Part shown: one piece after another, positions 42,358-52,651 of the stretch
Numbering within the stretch: position 1 is the first letter of the stretch
Layout of the letters: every line of letters starts with the position of its first letter
Origin: an uncultured delta proteobacterium
GTDB lineage: Bacteria > Desulfobacterota > Desulfobacteria > Desulfobacterales > Desulfosalsimonadaceae
Assembly: GCA_963826785.1 (NCBI GenBank)
Contig: CAWGYD010000006.1
Coordinates: 320,001-384,000 of the forward strand
DNA: 64,000 nucleotides
Direction: 5' to 3'
Program-made: the position numbers and the translations under genes
The notes under the pieces: model-generated
The model's input: the letters and a program-made list of their open reading frames with translations, nothing else
Database searches by the model: none
Told to the model about the DNA's origin: nothing

Positions 42358-43512
42358 ATGAGAAACAGCTTCTTAGTGGTCAGCATGGGTTTTTTGATAC
42401 TGATGGGCCTGCTGTCGGTCATCGGTTGCCGATCATTTCAGACCGCCTACTTCGGGGTGCAGGACAGGGCCGTCTATGCCCCCAAGGAATTCAACCAGAC
42501 CCGGGAGGTCGTCGAAACCGCCAAGCAGACGGCGGAAAGCCCCTATGCGGGAAAAAAGATCGATGAATCCATGGCCTACGGCCGGGAAGCAGCCACCGTC
42601 TACTGGGCCTGCCATGACCAGGAAGCCAAAGATCTGCTGGCCCTGGCCCGGCTGTCCGCCTATGATGCGGAACTCTACCACCCCCAGCCACCGCCGCCCC
42701 AGACCCACCGGTCCTTCCATACCCCCTTTGTCCCTGAACCCACCGAGGCGATGGCGCCGAAAAATACCTTTGCCGCGTTAAAGGCACTTCCGCCGCGGAT
42801 GGTGATCGCGTCAGTCAGCTTCGGATTTAATTCCTATCAGCTGGGCGAACATGGAAAAGATATCCTGGACGGCAATCTTCCCCTGTTTAAAGCTTACCCG
42901 GACATCATCTATGAAATCGCCGGGCACACCGATTTCATTGGGTCAGAAGCATACAACCAGAGACTTTCCGAAAAACGGGCCAAAAGCGTTGCCTCGCATC
43001 TGAGGGCCCGGGGAATCCCGCGCGCCAACCTGGTCACGATCGGGTACGGTGAATCCGATCCGGTGGCTTCAAACGAAACAGAAGCGGGCCAGGCCCTCAA
43101 CCGGCGGGCGGAAGACCGGGTGCTCGGATCCCTGCTGCCGGATTTCGGCATTGAAAATTTAGAACTGCTTCCTGCCGGAACCACCATCGAAGTCATTCAT
43201 TTTACCCACTATGGCAGCAGCCTCCTGCCGATCTACCAGTCGCTTCTGGATAAATCCATACCCGCCTTGAAAGCACATCCCCGCGTGAAACTTGCGATTA
43301 CCGGCCACAGCGATGTCACCGGTACAAATGACACCATCGCGGCCATCTCCTTTCAGCGGGCCCTATCGGTTTCCGATTACCTGGTCTCCAAAGGGATCGA
43401 CGGAAGCCGGATCATCATCAAGGCGGCAGGGTCGGCTTCCCCCGTGGCCACCAACACCACCACCGAGGGAAGGGCCTTAAACCGGCGCGTGGAAATCAAA
43501 ATCGCCGATTAA
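42358..43512 (+). CDS. Lipoprotein with two OmpA-like peptidoglycan-binding domains
   Basis: VIGC lipobox; GHTD..YNQRLSEKRA..NRR and GHSD..SFQRA..NRRVEI. Confidence 0.88.
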   Translation: MRNSFLVVSMGFLILMGLLSVIGCRSFQTAYFGVQDRAVYAPKEFNQTREVVETAKQTAESPYAGKKIDESMAYGREAATVYWACHDQEAKDLLALARLSAYDAELYHPQPPPPQTHRSFHTPFVPEPTEAMAPKNTFAALKALPPRMVIASVSFGFNSYQLGEHGKDILDGNLPLFKAYPDIIYEIAGHTDFIGSEAYNQRLSEKRAKSVASHLRARGIPRANLVTIGYGESDPVASNETEAGQALNRRAEDRVLGSLLPDFGIENLELLPAGTTIEVIHFTHYGSSLLPIYQSLLDKSIPALKAHPRVKLAITGHSDVTGTNDTIAAISFQRALSVSDYLVSKGIDGSRIIIKAAGSASPVATNTTTEGRALNRRVEIKIAD

Positions 43513-43683
43513 CGGATCTTTTTTAAAACCGCCTCCTTGCCCGCCACCCGATCTTTTCTGTTGACAATCAGAAATATTGCCATTAATTAAAAAGATTTAC
43601 GCTTTTTAGCCATCCGAGGAAGTGCGCGGCCAGCGGTCTAATATTTTTATATTTTTCATGATCATCAAGGTCAGGAAGAAAAA

Positions 43684-44142
43684 ATGCATTTTAATTTGGA
43701 CAAGGTTCAGACGATCAAACTATTCGAGGAACTGAGCCCCGAGGAACTGGATGAAATTTTTCCCCTGCTTCATCCCATGCGGGTGATCGAAGGCGAGCAG
43801 CTTTTCCGGCAGGGGGACAAGGCGCATACTTTCTTTGTCGTAATGACCGGCAATTATATGCTTTATTTCGATGACGGGCGAGCGTTTACGTTTCACCACC
43901 AGGGAGATATCTTCGGCTGGTCCACCGTTATCAGCCCTTTTCAATACACGGCCTCTGTTGTCGCCCTGACCGAGGGTGAAATTCTGCGGATTCCCGGTGA
44001 AGAATTTTTCCAGCTGCTTCAAGGAAATGTCTCCCTGGGCGATAAACTGATGAAAAAGATCGATGCCATCGTTTCCCAGCGGCTGGCATTTGCCCGCGGC
44101 CCCGGCAAGACAGATTCCGGCGCCTCACTTCACAAACAGTAA
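43684..44142 (+). CDS. Stand-alone cyclic nucleotide-binding domain protein
   Basis: LFEELS, GEQLFRQGD, GDIFGW and YTASVVA motifs. Confidence 0.88.
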   Translation: MHFNLDKVQTIKLFEELSPEELDEIFPLLHPMRVIEGEQLFRQGDKAHTFFVVMTGNYMLYFDDGRAFTFHHQGDIFGWSTVISPFQYTASVVALTEGEILRIPGEEFFQLLQGNVSLGDKLMKKIDAIVSQRLAFARGPGKTDSGASLHKQ

Positions 44143-44184
44143 GGCATTCGATGTCGATGAGACATCCTATCAGGAGGTATCCCA

Positions 44185-44625
44185 TTGTACGGATTTGAGG
44201 CAATCGCCTTTTACAATGGCTGGGCCATCTCGGCAGTCGGCATCAGCATTGTTTTCACCGCCCTGGTCACCCTCTCCTTCATTATTTCGCAGCTGCATAA
44301 ACTGCTGGCCCTTTGGGAAAACAGGGAAGTGCACGTAAAAAAGATCAAGGGCCTGTTCGCCGAAAAGAAAACGCCCGTATCGCCCAAAAAACAGGTGCTC
44401 ACCCAGGATTTTCACGAATCGGCCCGGCAGTTTTCCATCCTGATCAAGTCCCTGGGCGAACCCTTCTCACTGCCCAAGCTCATTGAAATGGCGGAAATCA
44501 TCGGGATCGCAAAACCCCATTCAACAGTGAACTCGCTGATTCAGGCCAAATTGATTCGCCCGGATGAACATGGATTGTTTTACCTCGATCATGAGGCGTA
44601 CCAGACCTTTCAGACGCAGGAGTAG
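44185..44625 (+). CDS. OadG family (Na+-translocating decarboxylase gamma-like) protein
   Basis: Single N-terminal TM GISIVFTALVTL; directly upstream of the beta subunit. Confidence 0.75.
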   Translation: MYGFEAIAFYNGWAISAVGISIVFTALVTLSFIISQLHKLLALWENREVHVKKIKGLFAEKKTPVSPKKQVLTQDFHESARQFSILIKSLGEPFSLPKLIEMAEIIGIAKPHSTVNSLIQAKLIRPDEHGLFYLDHEAYQTFQTQE

Positions 44626-44633
44626 ACGACATC

Positions 44634-45761
44634 ATGGAAATGTTTTTAAATTTTCTTGCCAATACCGGCTTTGTCCTGGGCGATTACCGGAATATCCTCA
44701 TGATCGGCGTCGGCTGCTTCTTCATCTACCTGGGGATCGCCAAGCATTATGAACCGCTGCTGCTGGTCCCCATCGGGTTCGGCATCCTGGTGGGCAACAT
44801 CCCGGTTTTCAAGGGTCTGGGCCTGGGGATCTATGAAAACAACAGCGTCCTGCACTACCTGTATTTCGGGGTAACCCAGGGGATCTATCCCCCGCTGATT
44901 TTTCTGGGGATCGGTGCGCTGACCGACTTTTCAACCATGCTGGCCCGGCCGGTGCTCATGCTGCTGGGCGCGGCGGCGCAAGCGGGGATATTTCTGACCT
45001 TCCTGGGGGCGCTGGCCCTGGGATTCCTTCCCAAGGAGGCGGCCTCCATCGCGATCATCGGCGGGGCAGACGGCCCCACCGCCATTTTTCTCACCGCCCA
45101 GCTGGCCAAGGACCTGATCGGCCCCATCGCCGTAGCGGCCTATTCTTACATGGCCCTGGTACCGGTCATTCAGCCGCCCATCATGAGGCTTTTGACCACC
45201 CGCAAAGAGCGGCTCATCCGCATGGAAGACCCCCGAGAGGTCTCCAAAACCGAAAAGGTGGTTTTCCCCATCGTGGCCCTGATCCTCTGCTGCTTCGTGG
45301 CACCGGCCGCAATCGCTCTTTTGGGAATGCTCTTTCTGGGCAACCTGCTCAAGGAATCAATGGTCACGGAGCGCCTGGCCCAGGCCGCCCGCACCTCTGT
45401 ACTCGACTCGGTTACCATCCTGCTGGGATTGACCGTGGGGGCCAGCACCCAGGCCGATGTTTTTTTGACCGGAAAATCCGTGGGGATTTTCGTGCTGGGG
45501 GCCACCGCCTTCGGCGTGGCCACGGCGGCCGGGGTCATCTTCGCCAAGATCATGAACCTGTTTTTAAAGGAAAAGATCAATCCGCTGCTGGGAGCCGCCG
45601 GGGTCTCCGCGGTTCCGGACTCCGCCCGGGTCGTCCAGATTGTGGGGCAGAAAGAAGATCCCACCAATTTCCTGCTGATGCATGCCATGGCGCCCAATAT
45701 CTCCGGGGTCATCGGATCGGCAGTCGCCGCCGGCGTGATGTGGAGCCTTCTGGTAAAATGA
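44634..45761 (+). CDS. oadB: Na+-translocating decarboxylase beta subunit
   Basis: EPLLLVPIGFG, IIGGADGPT, AAYSYMALVP and GAAGVSAVP motifs. Confidence 0.95.
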   Translation: MEMFLNFLANTGFVLGDYRNILMIGVGCFFIYLGIAKHYEPLLLVPIGFGILVGNIPVFKGLGLGIYENNSVLHYLYFGVTQGIYPPLIFLGIGALTDFSTMLARPVLMLLGAAAQAGIFLTFLGALALGFLPKEAASIAIIGGADGPTAIFLTAQLAKDLIGPIAVAAYSYMALVPVIQPPIMRLLTTRKERLIRMEDPREVSKTEKVVFPIVALILCCFVAPAAIALLGMLFLGNLLKESMVTERLAQAARTSVLDSVTILLGLTVGASTQADVFLTGKSVGIFVLGATAFGVATAAGVIFAKIMNLFLKEKINPLLGAAGVSAVPDSARVVQIVGQKEDPTNFLLMHAMAPNISGVIGSAVAAGVMWSLLVK

Positions 45762-45884
45762 TAACCCGGGATTTCAATTTGCGAACATTGGAACAGACCT
45801 TATGGTATTATAAATGACCGGCGGCCATCATGTGCGCCGATATGAACCATTGAGCAGTGACACATTTGACGAGGCCGGTTCTTT

Positions 45885-46863
45885 GTGGGGTTGACCAATA
45901 CAGAAAAACTCAACCGGTTCTACCAGATTTTCACCGGTTCCGACCATGTGCTGATCATCATCAATGCCGACCCGGATGCCATCGCAAGCGCAATGGCGGT
46001 TAAACGGATGTTGTGGCGTAGGGTGACCAATGTGGCCATCTCCAATATCAACACCATCGTCCGTCCGGACAACATGGCCATGATCCGGCTGCTTGGACGT
46101 CACTTTGATCCATATTTCCAAGGTCGAGCCCCACCGCTTCAATAAAATTATCATTGTAGACTCCCAGCCCTCCCACCATGAATGCTTTGCCGATTACAAC
46201 TATGCGGCCATTATCGACCACCATCCCGACAGCGGGCACCCGGCTGAATTCAGGGACATCCGGGCGGACTACGGCGCCAACGCCACCATTTTAACCGAAT
46301 ACCTGCGGGCCGCCAAGATCACCCCCACCGCCAAGCTGGCCACCGGACTGCTTTATGCCATCAAGACGGACACCGCCAATTTCGAACGAAACGCCACCAA
46401 CGCAGATATCCGCGCCTTCCAGTTTCTGTTTCAGCATGCCAACATCCACCTGGCCCGGCGCATGGAGCAGGTGGATCTGCGGGTTGATTTTCTGGACTAT
46501 TTTAAAAGGGCCATCGAGGGCCATGTCATGAACGGAAACCGGATCTTTTCCAACCTGGGCAATATCAAAAATCCGGATATCTGCGTGCTCATCGCCGACT
46601 TTTTCATGCGGGTCAACACGGTTACCTGGAGCATCGTATCCGGCCTCTATGAAGGCAAGCTGATCATCATCGTCAGAAATGACGGGCTTCAGAAAAGTGC
46701 CGGACAGTTCCTGTCAAACCGCTTCGGCAGCCTGGGAACCGCCGGCGGACACGAAAGCATGGCCCGGGCGGAGCTTCCGGTTGAAAATCTCGGGGACCTG
46801 GTGGATTACAAGCAGGACGAACCGCTTTTAAACTGGATCATTTCAAAATTTGACAGCAAATGA
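45885..46863 (+). CDS. DHH/DHHA1 family phosphoesterase; one apparent frameshift near 46093
   Basis: ADPDAIAS in the first frame; VDSQP, IDHH and AGGH in the second. Removing one T from CTGCTTGGAC restores ...MIRLLDVTL... Confidence 0.85.
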
Positions 46864-47648
46864 ATACCCCGTCCCGCAAGTCTGACATCCGTGTGACCCT
46901 CCTGGGCTCCGGGACCTGCGTCCCCTCCCTGAAGCGCAGCTCCTCTTCCGTGCTGGTCCGGATCGGGACGGCGGCCATCCTGCTGGATATCGGGGCCGGC
47001 ACCATCCACCGGCTGCTTCAGGCCGATTTTTCCATATTCGATGTTACCCACCTGTTTATCAGCCATTTTCACCCGGATCATAGCGGGGAGATGGTCTCTT
47101 TTCTATTTTCAAGTAAATACCCGGACACCGGCCGTCGAAAAACTCGGCTGGTGCTTGCCGGCGGGCCCGGGTTCTGCCTGCATTATGACCGGCTGAAATC
47201 GATTTACGGGGAATGGATCGACCTTTCCGGAAAACTCGACCTGGCAGACCTTGACCCGGCCGTATCCACTGATTATTTTTACACGTCTTTTTCCATGCGT
47301 GTTGCCGCCATGGCGCACCGGGAGGAAAGCATCGCTTTTCGCATTACTGCGCCGGACGGAAGGGCCATTGTCTATTCAGGGGATACGGATTATACTGAAA
47401 ACCTGGTGGAAATTGCCAGAAACGCGGACCTGTTGATCTGTGAAGCGGCCCTTCCCGATGCGCTGAAGGTGGAAGGCCACCTGACGCCGTCTGTTGCAGG
47501 ACGGATTGCCGCCCGGGCCGGGGTGAAAAAGCTGGTGCTTACCCATTTTTATCCGGAGAGCGACCGTGCGGATGTGGCAGGCGAGTGTGCAAAAACCTAT
47601 GACGGTCCCCTGATGCTGGCCGAGGACCTGATGGAGATCCGTCTTTAA
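46860..47648 (+). CDS. MBL-fold metallo-hydrolase (RNase Z-like)
   Basis: LGSGT, SHFHPDH, YSGDT, HLT and LTHFY motifs. Confidence 0.9.
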   Translation: MNTPSRKSDIRVTLLGSGTCVPSLKRSSSSVLVRIGTAAILLDIGAGTIHRLLQADFSIFDVTHLFISHFHPDHSGEMVSFLFSSKYPDTGRRKTRLVLAGGPGFCLHYDRLKSIYGEWIDLSGKLDLADLDPAVSTDYFYTSFSMRVAAMAHREESIAFRITAPDGRAIVYSGDTDYTENLVEIARNADLLICEAALPDALKVEGHLTPSVAGRIAARAGVKKLVLTHFYPESDRADVAGECAKTYDGPLMLAEDLMEIRL

Positions 47649-48326
47649 ATGCCGTATTACCCCGTAAATCTCGATATCAACGGACGTTCCTGCCTGGTGG
47701 TGGGCGGCGGTGCCGTGGCCACCCGAAAGGTCAAAGCGCTTTTGGACTGCGGCGCCCGGGTGACCGTGGTCAGCCTCGAATTTACCGAGGCCCTGCGGGA
47801 AATGGGCCGCCTGAAACAGGTCGCGCTCATCGAGCGCACCTATGCGCAAAAAGACCTCGACGGCCGGTTTCTGGTTATCGGCGCCACCAGCGACGAAACC
47901 CTCAACCGCCGCATCAGCGCGGATGCCGCATCGAAAAACATGCTCTGCAACATTGCCGACGTGCCCGCCATCTGCAATTTTATCCTGCCGTCTGTCATCC
48001 GCCGGGGGGACCTGGTGATTGCTGTGTCCACTTCCGGCAAAAGCCCGGCATTCGCCAAAATGCTCCGGGCCGGCCTGGAAGAACAGTTCGGCGAGGAATA
48101 TGCCCTGTTTCTCACCCTGATGGGTGCAATCCGCAAAAAGCTCCTGTCCACGGAACATGCTCCGGAATTCCATAAACCGCTGTTTGAACGCCTCATCGAC
48201 AGCGGTCTGCTGGATATGGTCAAGCACCGCCGCACCGGGGAGATCAACCGGCTGTTCGCCGAGGTGCTCGGCAGCGGATATGATTATGAAACCCTGTTAT
48301 CCGGGACTGGACAACAAACACCATGA
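47649..48326 (+). CDS. Precorrin-2 dehydrogenase/sirohydrochlorin ferrochelatase (CysG N-terminal/SirC-like)
   Basis: YYPVNLDI, VVGGGAVATRK and AVSTSGKSPA motifs. Confidence 0.92.
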   Translation: MPYYPVNLDINGRSCLVVGGGAVATRKVKALLDCGARVTVVSLEFTEALREMGRLKQVALIERTYAQKDLDGRFLVIGATSDETLNRRISADAASKNMLCNIADVPAICNFILPSVIRRGDLVIAVSTSGKSPAFAKMLRAGLEEQFGEEYALFLTLMGAIRKKLLSTEHAPEFHKPLFERLIDSGLLDMVKHRRTGEINRLFAEVLGSGYDYETLLSGTGQQTP

Positions 48327-49147
48327 TGCTTTTACATCTCATGATCATTTTGATGTACCTGGTCAGTTCAGCCGGTTACCTGGTATTCCTCTTTGCCCAG
48401 AAAGAGTGGTTGAACAAGGCGGCATACGGCTCACTGGCAGCCGGATTTGCATTGCACACCGGCCGGATCGCAGCCGCCTGGATCCACCTGGGATACGTAC
48501 CGGTGCAGAACCTGCACCATACCCTGTCCTTTGCCGCATGGACCCTGGCAGGCGCTTACCTGCTGCTGAAATACCGCTACCATCTTAAAATACTGGGCCT
48601 GTTTGCGGCCCCCCTGACCGCACTGATCATGATTATTGCGTCTTTCGTCCCGGACGTAGCACCCGCAGAACCGTCATCTTTGTTCAAAAGCATCTGGCTG
48701 GTTGCCCATGTGATCATGATTTTCCTGGGGGATGCGGCCCTGGCGCTGGCCTGCGGCACCGGTATTTTGTATCTGCTACAGGAGCATGCCATCAAAACCA
48801 AATCCAACCGGTTCTTTCTCAGGCGGTTACCCTCTCTGCAGTTTCTTGATTTCACCGGCTATTCCTTCGTCATCACCGGCTTTACCCTGCTGACCATCGG
48901 TCTGATCACCGGCATGGTATATGCCCAGGCCGTATGGGGACATTTCTGGAGCTGGGATCCCAAGGAAATCTGGTCCGGCGTCACCTGGCTGATTTACGCC
49001 GCCCTGCTGCATGAACGCCTGGTGGCGGGATGGCGGGGCCGGCGCGCCGCCATCATGTCCATCATCGGGTTTGCCGCGGTGTTGTTCACGTTCTTCGGCG
49101 TCAATTTTTTTCTGGAGGGACACCATGACGTCTTTACCCGGTGGTAA
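48323..49147 (+). CDS. Cytochrome c biogenesis CcsA/CcsB (HemX-like) membrane protein
   Basis: WGHFWSWDPKE (WWD domain); multiple TM segments; upstream of hemA. Confidence 0.9.
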   Translation: MMLLHLMIILMYLVSSAGYLVFLFAQKEWLNKAAYGSLAAGFALHTGRIAAAWIHLGYVPVQNLHHTLSFAAWTLAGAYLLLKYRYHLKILGLFAAPLTALIMIIASFVPDVAPAEPSSLFKSIWLVAHVIMIFLGDAALALACGTGILYLLQEHAIKTKSNRFFLRRLPSLQFLDFTGYSFVITGFTLLTIGLITGMVYAQAVWGHFWSWDPKEIWSGVTWLIYAALLHERLVAGWRGRRAAIMSIIGFAAVLFTFFGVNFFLEGHHDVFTRW

Positions 49148-50453
49148 ACCCTCCCCGATCCCGGTACCGGAAAACGGAATCGAACTCGCAGACATTGTCC
49201 TGATCGGGGTGAACCACCGCACCGCACCGGTGGAACTTCGTGAAAAACTGGCCTTTTCCGCCGATGAAACCACGGAAGCCCTTGCCAGCCTTCGGCAGTC
49301 CGCCCATGTGGAAGAAGCCATTCTCATTTCCACCTGCAACCGGGTGGAATTTCTGCTCACGTCCCGGGACCGCGAGGCCGCTGCCGGGGCCGTGACCGCC
49401 TTCATCGCCAAAAGCAAATCGATTGCCCCGGCCAAACTGACCCCCAGCATGTATGTGCATTCCGGGGAGTCGGCCGTCCGGCACCTTTACCGGGTCGCGG
49501 CCAGCCTCGACTCCATGATGATTGGAGAACCCCAGATTCTGGGCCAGGTCAAAGATGCCTACAAAAACGCGGTGGATCGGAAAAGCGCCGGCGTCATTTT
49601 GAATCGGCTGCTGCACAAGGCATTTGCCGTCGCCAAGCGGGTCCGCAGCGAAACGGGTATCGGCGGACACGCGGTCTCCATCAGTTATGCGGCCGTGGAA
49701 CTGGCCAAGAAAATATTTGATGATTTAAACGGCAAAACCGTGCTCCTGGTGGGCGCCGGGGAAATGGCCGAACTGGCGGTGGAGCACCTGGTGCGAAACC
49801 GGACCCGGGGCCATATCCTGGTGGCCAACCGGACCTTTTCCGTTGGACTGGAACTGGCCCGGCGCTTTAACGGGGAAGCCGTCCGGCTGGAGGAGATCGG
49901 GGAAAAGCTGGTGGTGGCCGATATCATCATCAGCTCCACCGGCGCCCCCGGATACGTGATCTCCAAAAATGATGTCCGGCCGATCATGCGCACCCGGAAA
50001 AACCGGCCGCTGTTTTTCATCGACATTGCCGTTCCGAGAGATATTGATCCCGAAATCAACCGGATCTCAAATGCCTATGTGTATGACATCGATGATCTGC
50101 AGGGGGTGATCACCGAAAATATCGAAGCCCGGATGAAGGAGTCGATCAAGGCGGAACGGATCGTGGATGAAGCCGTCATCACCTTTTTCCAGTGGTACCA
50201 CAACCTGCAGGTGGTTCCCACCATCGTCGCCCTGCGGGAGAAATTCGATGCGCTGGCCGACACTGAACTCTCGCGAACGCTGCAATCGATGGAACTTGCG
50301 GAAAAGGATCGAGAGGCGCTTTCGAAGATGATGCACGCAACCATCAACAAGATCCTGCACGACCCCACGATCTTCTTGAAACACCCCGGCTCTCACCGCA
50401 GCAAGTCCGTCTATATTGATTTTATCCGCAACCTGTTCAAGCTGGATGAATAA
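49125..50453 (+). CDS. hemA: Glutamyl-tRNA reductase
   Basis: GVNHRTAPVELRE, STCNRVE, GEPQILGQ, GAGEM and DIAVPRD motifs. Confidence 0.98.
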   Translation: MTSLPGGKPSPIPVPENGIELADIVLIGVNHRTAPVELREKLAFSADETTEALASLRQSAHVEEAILISTCNRVEFLLTSRDREAAAGAVTAFIAKSKSIAPAKLTPSMYVHSGESAVRHLYRVAASLDSMMIGEPQILGQVKDAYKNAVDRKSAGVILNRLLHKAFAVAKRVRSETGIGGHAVSISYAAVELAKKIFDDLNGKTVLLVGAGEMAELAVEHLVRNRTRGHILVANRTFSVGLELARRFNGEAVRLEEIGEKLVVADIIISSTGAPGYVISKNDVRPIMRTRKNRPLFFIDIAVPRDIDPEINRISNAYVYDIDDLQGVITENIEARMKESIKAERIVDEAVITFFQWYHNLQVVPTIVALREKFDALADTELSRTLQSMELAEKDREALSKMMHATINKILHDPTIFLKHPGSHRSKSVYIDFIRNLFKLDE

Positions 50454-50692
50454 CTCGAAAAAACCGCACCTTTTTGCCCGCACGGTCGAGACAGGCGCCC
50501 CCGGGCGGCCATGCCGGTTCTATGATGTCCAAATTTCTGGTTTTTTCCTTTTTCCGCGCAGTAGCGATTGACGATTTGCGTAAAAACTTTATTCTTTACA
50601 ATTGAAAAAAAATTATGATAATGAATCCTTCTTTATAAAAGCTTTATAAATATCTGCTCTCATGAACCCGATATTACCAAGAAAGGGGATCC

Positions 50693-51061
50693 ATGATCAT
50701 GAAAAAAAAAGATCTTGAATTCTTTAAAGCTCTTTTGGATAAACGCATGGAAGAACTGCTCAGCCAGGCGGGGGATACCGTCACTGACATGCACGCGCCC
50801 AAAGGCAATTTCCCGGACCCCACGGACCGCGCCTCCTATGAAGCCGAGCGCAATTTCGAACTGCGTATCCGCGACCGGGAGCACAAACTGATCAAGAAAG
50901 TCAAAAAAGCCATTGAACGGATCAGCGAGGGATCATTCGGTATCTGTGAAACCTGCGGCGAGGATATCTCCATCGAGCGGCTCAAAGCCCGGCCGGTGAC
51001 CACCCAGTGCATCGATTGCAAGACCAAAGATGAAAAATTAGAGAAAGCGCTTGGATTATAA
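50693..51061 (+). CDS. dksA: RNA polymerase-binding protein DksA
   Basis: DPTDRA, RDRE and CETC...CIDC zinc finger. Confidence 0.95.
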   Translation: MIMKKKDLEFFKALLDKRMEELLSQAGDTVTDMHAPKGNFPDPTDRASYEAERNFELRIRDREHKLIKKVKKAIERISEGSFGICETCGEDISIERLKARPVTTQCIDCKTKDEKLEKALGL

Positions 51062-51920
51062 GGACAAAATTGATCTTCACCTCCATTCCACCGCATCAGA
51101 TGGCTCGCTCGATCCCCTTGAGGTCGTCAGCCGGGGTATCCGTCTCAATCTCAAGGCCATTTCGCTGACCGACCACGATACCGTCGCCGGGGTCCAGAAA
51201 ATACTTGCCCGGGGCATTCCGAAAACGGCCATCGCATTTCTGACCGGGGTGGAAATCAGCGCCCAGCCGCCACCCTGGTTTTCCTCATCCGGCAGCATCC
51301 ATATCCTGGGGTATGGTTTTTCGGCTGATGACGCCGCTTTGAATGATGCCCTGGCGGCCCAGCAGGAAGCCCGTAAAAACCGCAACCCGCTCATCCTTTC
51401 CCGGCTAAACGCGATGGGAATTGATATTTCGCTTTCAGAAGTCGAAGCCGCTTCCGGGAAGGATAACCTCGGCCGTCCGCATATCGCCTCCGTTCTGGTG
51501 GAAAAAGGGATCGCATCATCCATCGACGATGCCTTCGACACCTTCCTGGGAAAAGGCAAGCCGGCATACGTGGAAAAACCGCGCATCGCCGCAGCCGATG
51601 CCATCAAGCTGATTAACAACGCCGGCGGCATCGCCGCCCTGGCCCATCCGGGCCTGCTCGAGGCCCAAAAAGTTGAAAAACTGCTGGTGGACCTGATGGC
51701 CCGGGGCCTCCTGGGAATCGAGGTCTATTACCCGGACCATACCCGGGAGCAGACCGACAATTTCCTCCACCTGGCCCGAAAACACCACCTGCTGGCCACG
51801 GGGGGGACCGATTTTCACGGCGACCTCATACCGGACATTCAAATGGGTACCGGAAGGGGAGATTTTTACGTCCCCTATGGCGTATACGAACAGATCGCCG
51901 CCGCACTCCACCCGCATTGA
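51051..51920 (+). CDS. PHP domain metal-dependent phosphoesterase
   Basis: DLHLHSTASDG, LTDHD, GVEIS, LAHP and GGTDFHG motifs. Confidence 0.92.
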   Translation: MDYKDKIDLHLHSTASDGSLDPLEVVSRGIRLNLKAISLTDHDTVAGVQKILARGIPKTAIAFLTGVEISAQPPPWFSSSGSIHILGYGFSADDAALNDALAAQQEARKNRNPLILSRLNAMGIDISLSEVEAASGKDNLGRPHIASVLVEKGIASSIDDAFDTFLGKGKPAYVEKPRIAAADAIKLINNAGGIAALAHPGLLEAQKVEKLLVDLMARGLLGIEVYYPDHTREQTDNFLHLARKHHLLATGGTDFHGDLIPDIQMGTGRGDFYVPYGVYEQIAAALHPH

Positions 51921-51944
51921 ACCGCTGTTCTTTTCAAAAATGAC

Positions 51945-52643
51945 ATGATTGAATCATCCCTGACCGAACTGGAACGCCTTCTGCCCTATGGCTTTAAGAA
52001 TAAGGACCTGCTGGACAACGCCCTTCGCCACACCTCGTTTGTCAACGAACAACAACAGCCCGGGATATCCGACAATGAACGGCTGGAATTTCTGGGTGAC
52101 GCGGTATTGAATATCATCATCAGCCATATGCTGATGGTCCGATTTCCGGAGTTAAATGAAGGCGATCTGTCCCGGACCCGCTCCTTTCTGGTCAATGAAA
52201 CCCGGCTGGCGGAGATCGCACTTACCCTGGAACTGGGCCGGTTTATCCGCCTGGGCAAAGGGGAGATCCTGTCCGGCGGTCAGACCAAAAAATCAATCCT
52301 TGCCGATGCCTATGAGGCGGTGGTGGCGGCCGTATACCTCGACGGCGGCTTTGACTGCGCCTTTGAAATGGTATCGAATCATTTTGCCGATCATTTCGAC
52401 GACATTGCCCAGTCCCCCCGGAACACCGATTATAAAAGCCGTCTTCAGGAGATGGTTCAGGCCACCATGAAGCTGGCCCCGGAGTACCGTTTGGTCAAAG
52501 AAAGCGGGCCGGATCATGACAAGACATTCGAGGTCCTGCTGGAGGCAGGCGATCTGTGTGCTTCGGGCACCGGAAAAAGCAAGAAAGCCGCGGAGCAGCA
52601 GGCGGCCCGCCGCGCATTGAAACAGCTGTCGGCGGGCCCATAG
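51945..52643 (+). CDS. rnc: Ribonuclease III
   Basis: NERLEFLGDAVL signature; C-terminal dsRBD (DYKSRLQE, GKSKKAAEQ). Confidence 0.98.
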   Translation: MIESSLTELERLLPYGFKNKDLLDNALRHTSFVNEQQQPGISDNERLEFLGDAVLNIIISHMLMVRFPELNEGDLSRTRSFLVNETRLAEIALTLELGRFIRLGKGEILSGGQTKKSILADAYEAVVAAVYLDGGFDCAFEMVSNHFADHFDDIAQSPRNTDYKSRLQEMVQATMKLAPEYRLVKESGPDHDKTFEVLLEAGDLCASGTGKSKKAAEQQAARRALKQLSAGP

Positions 52644-52651
52644 GGCCTCAC

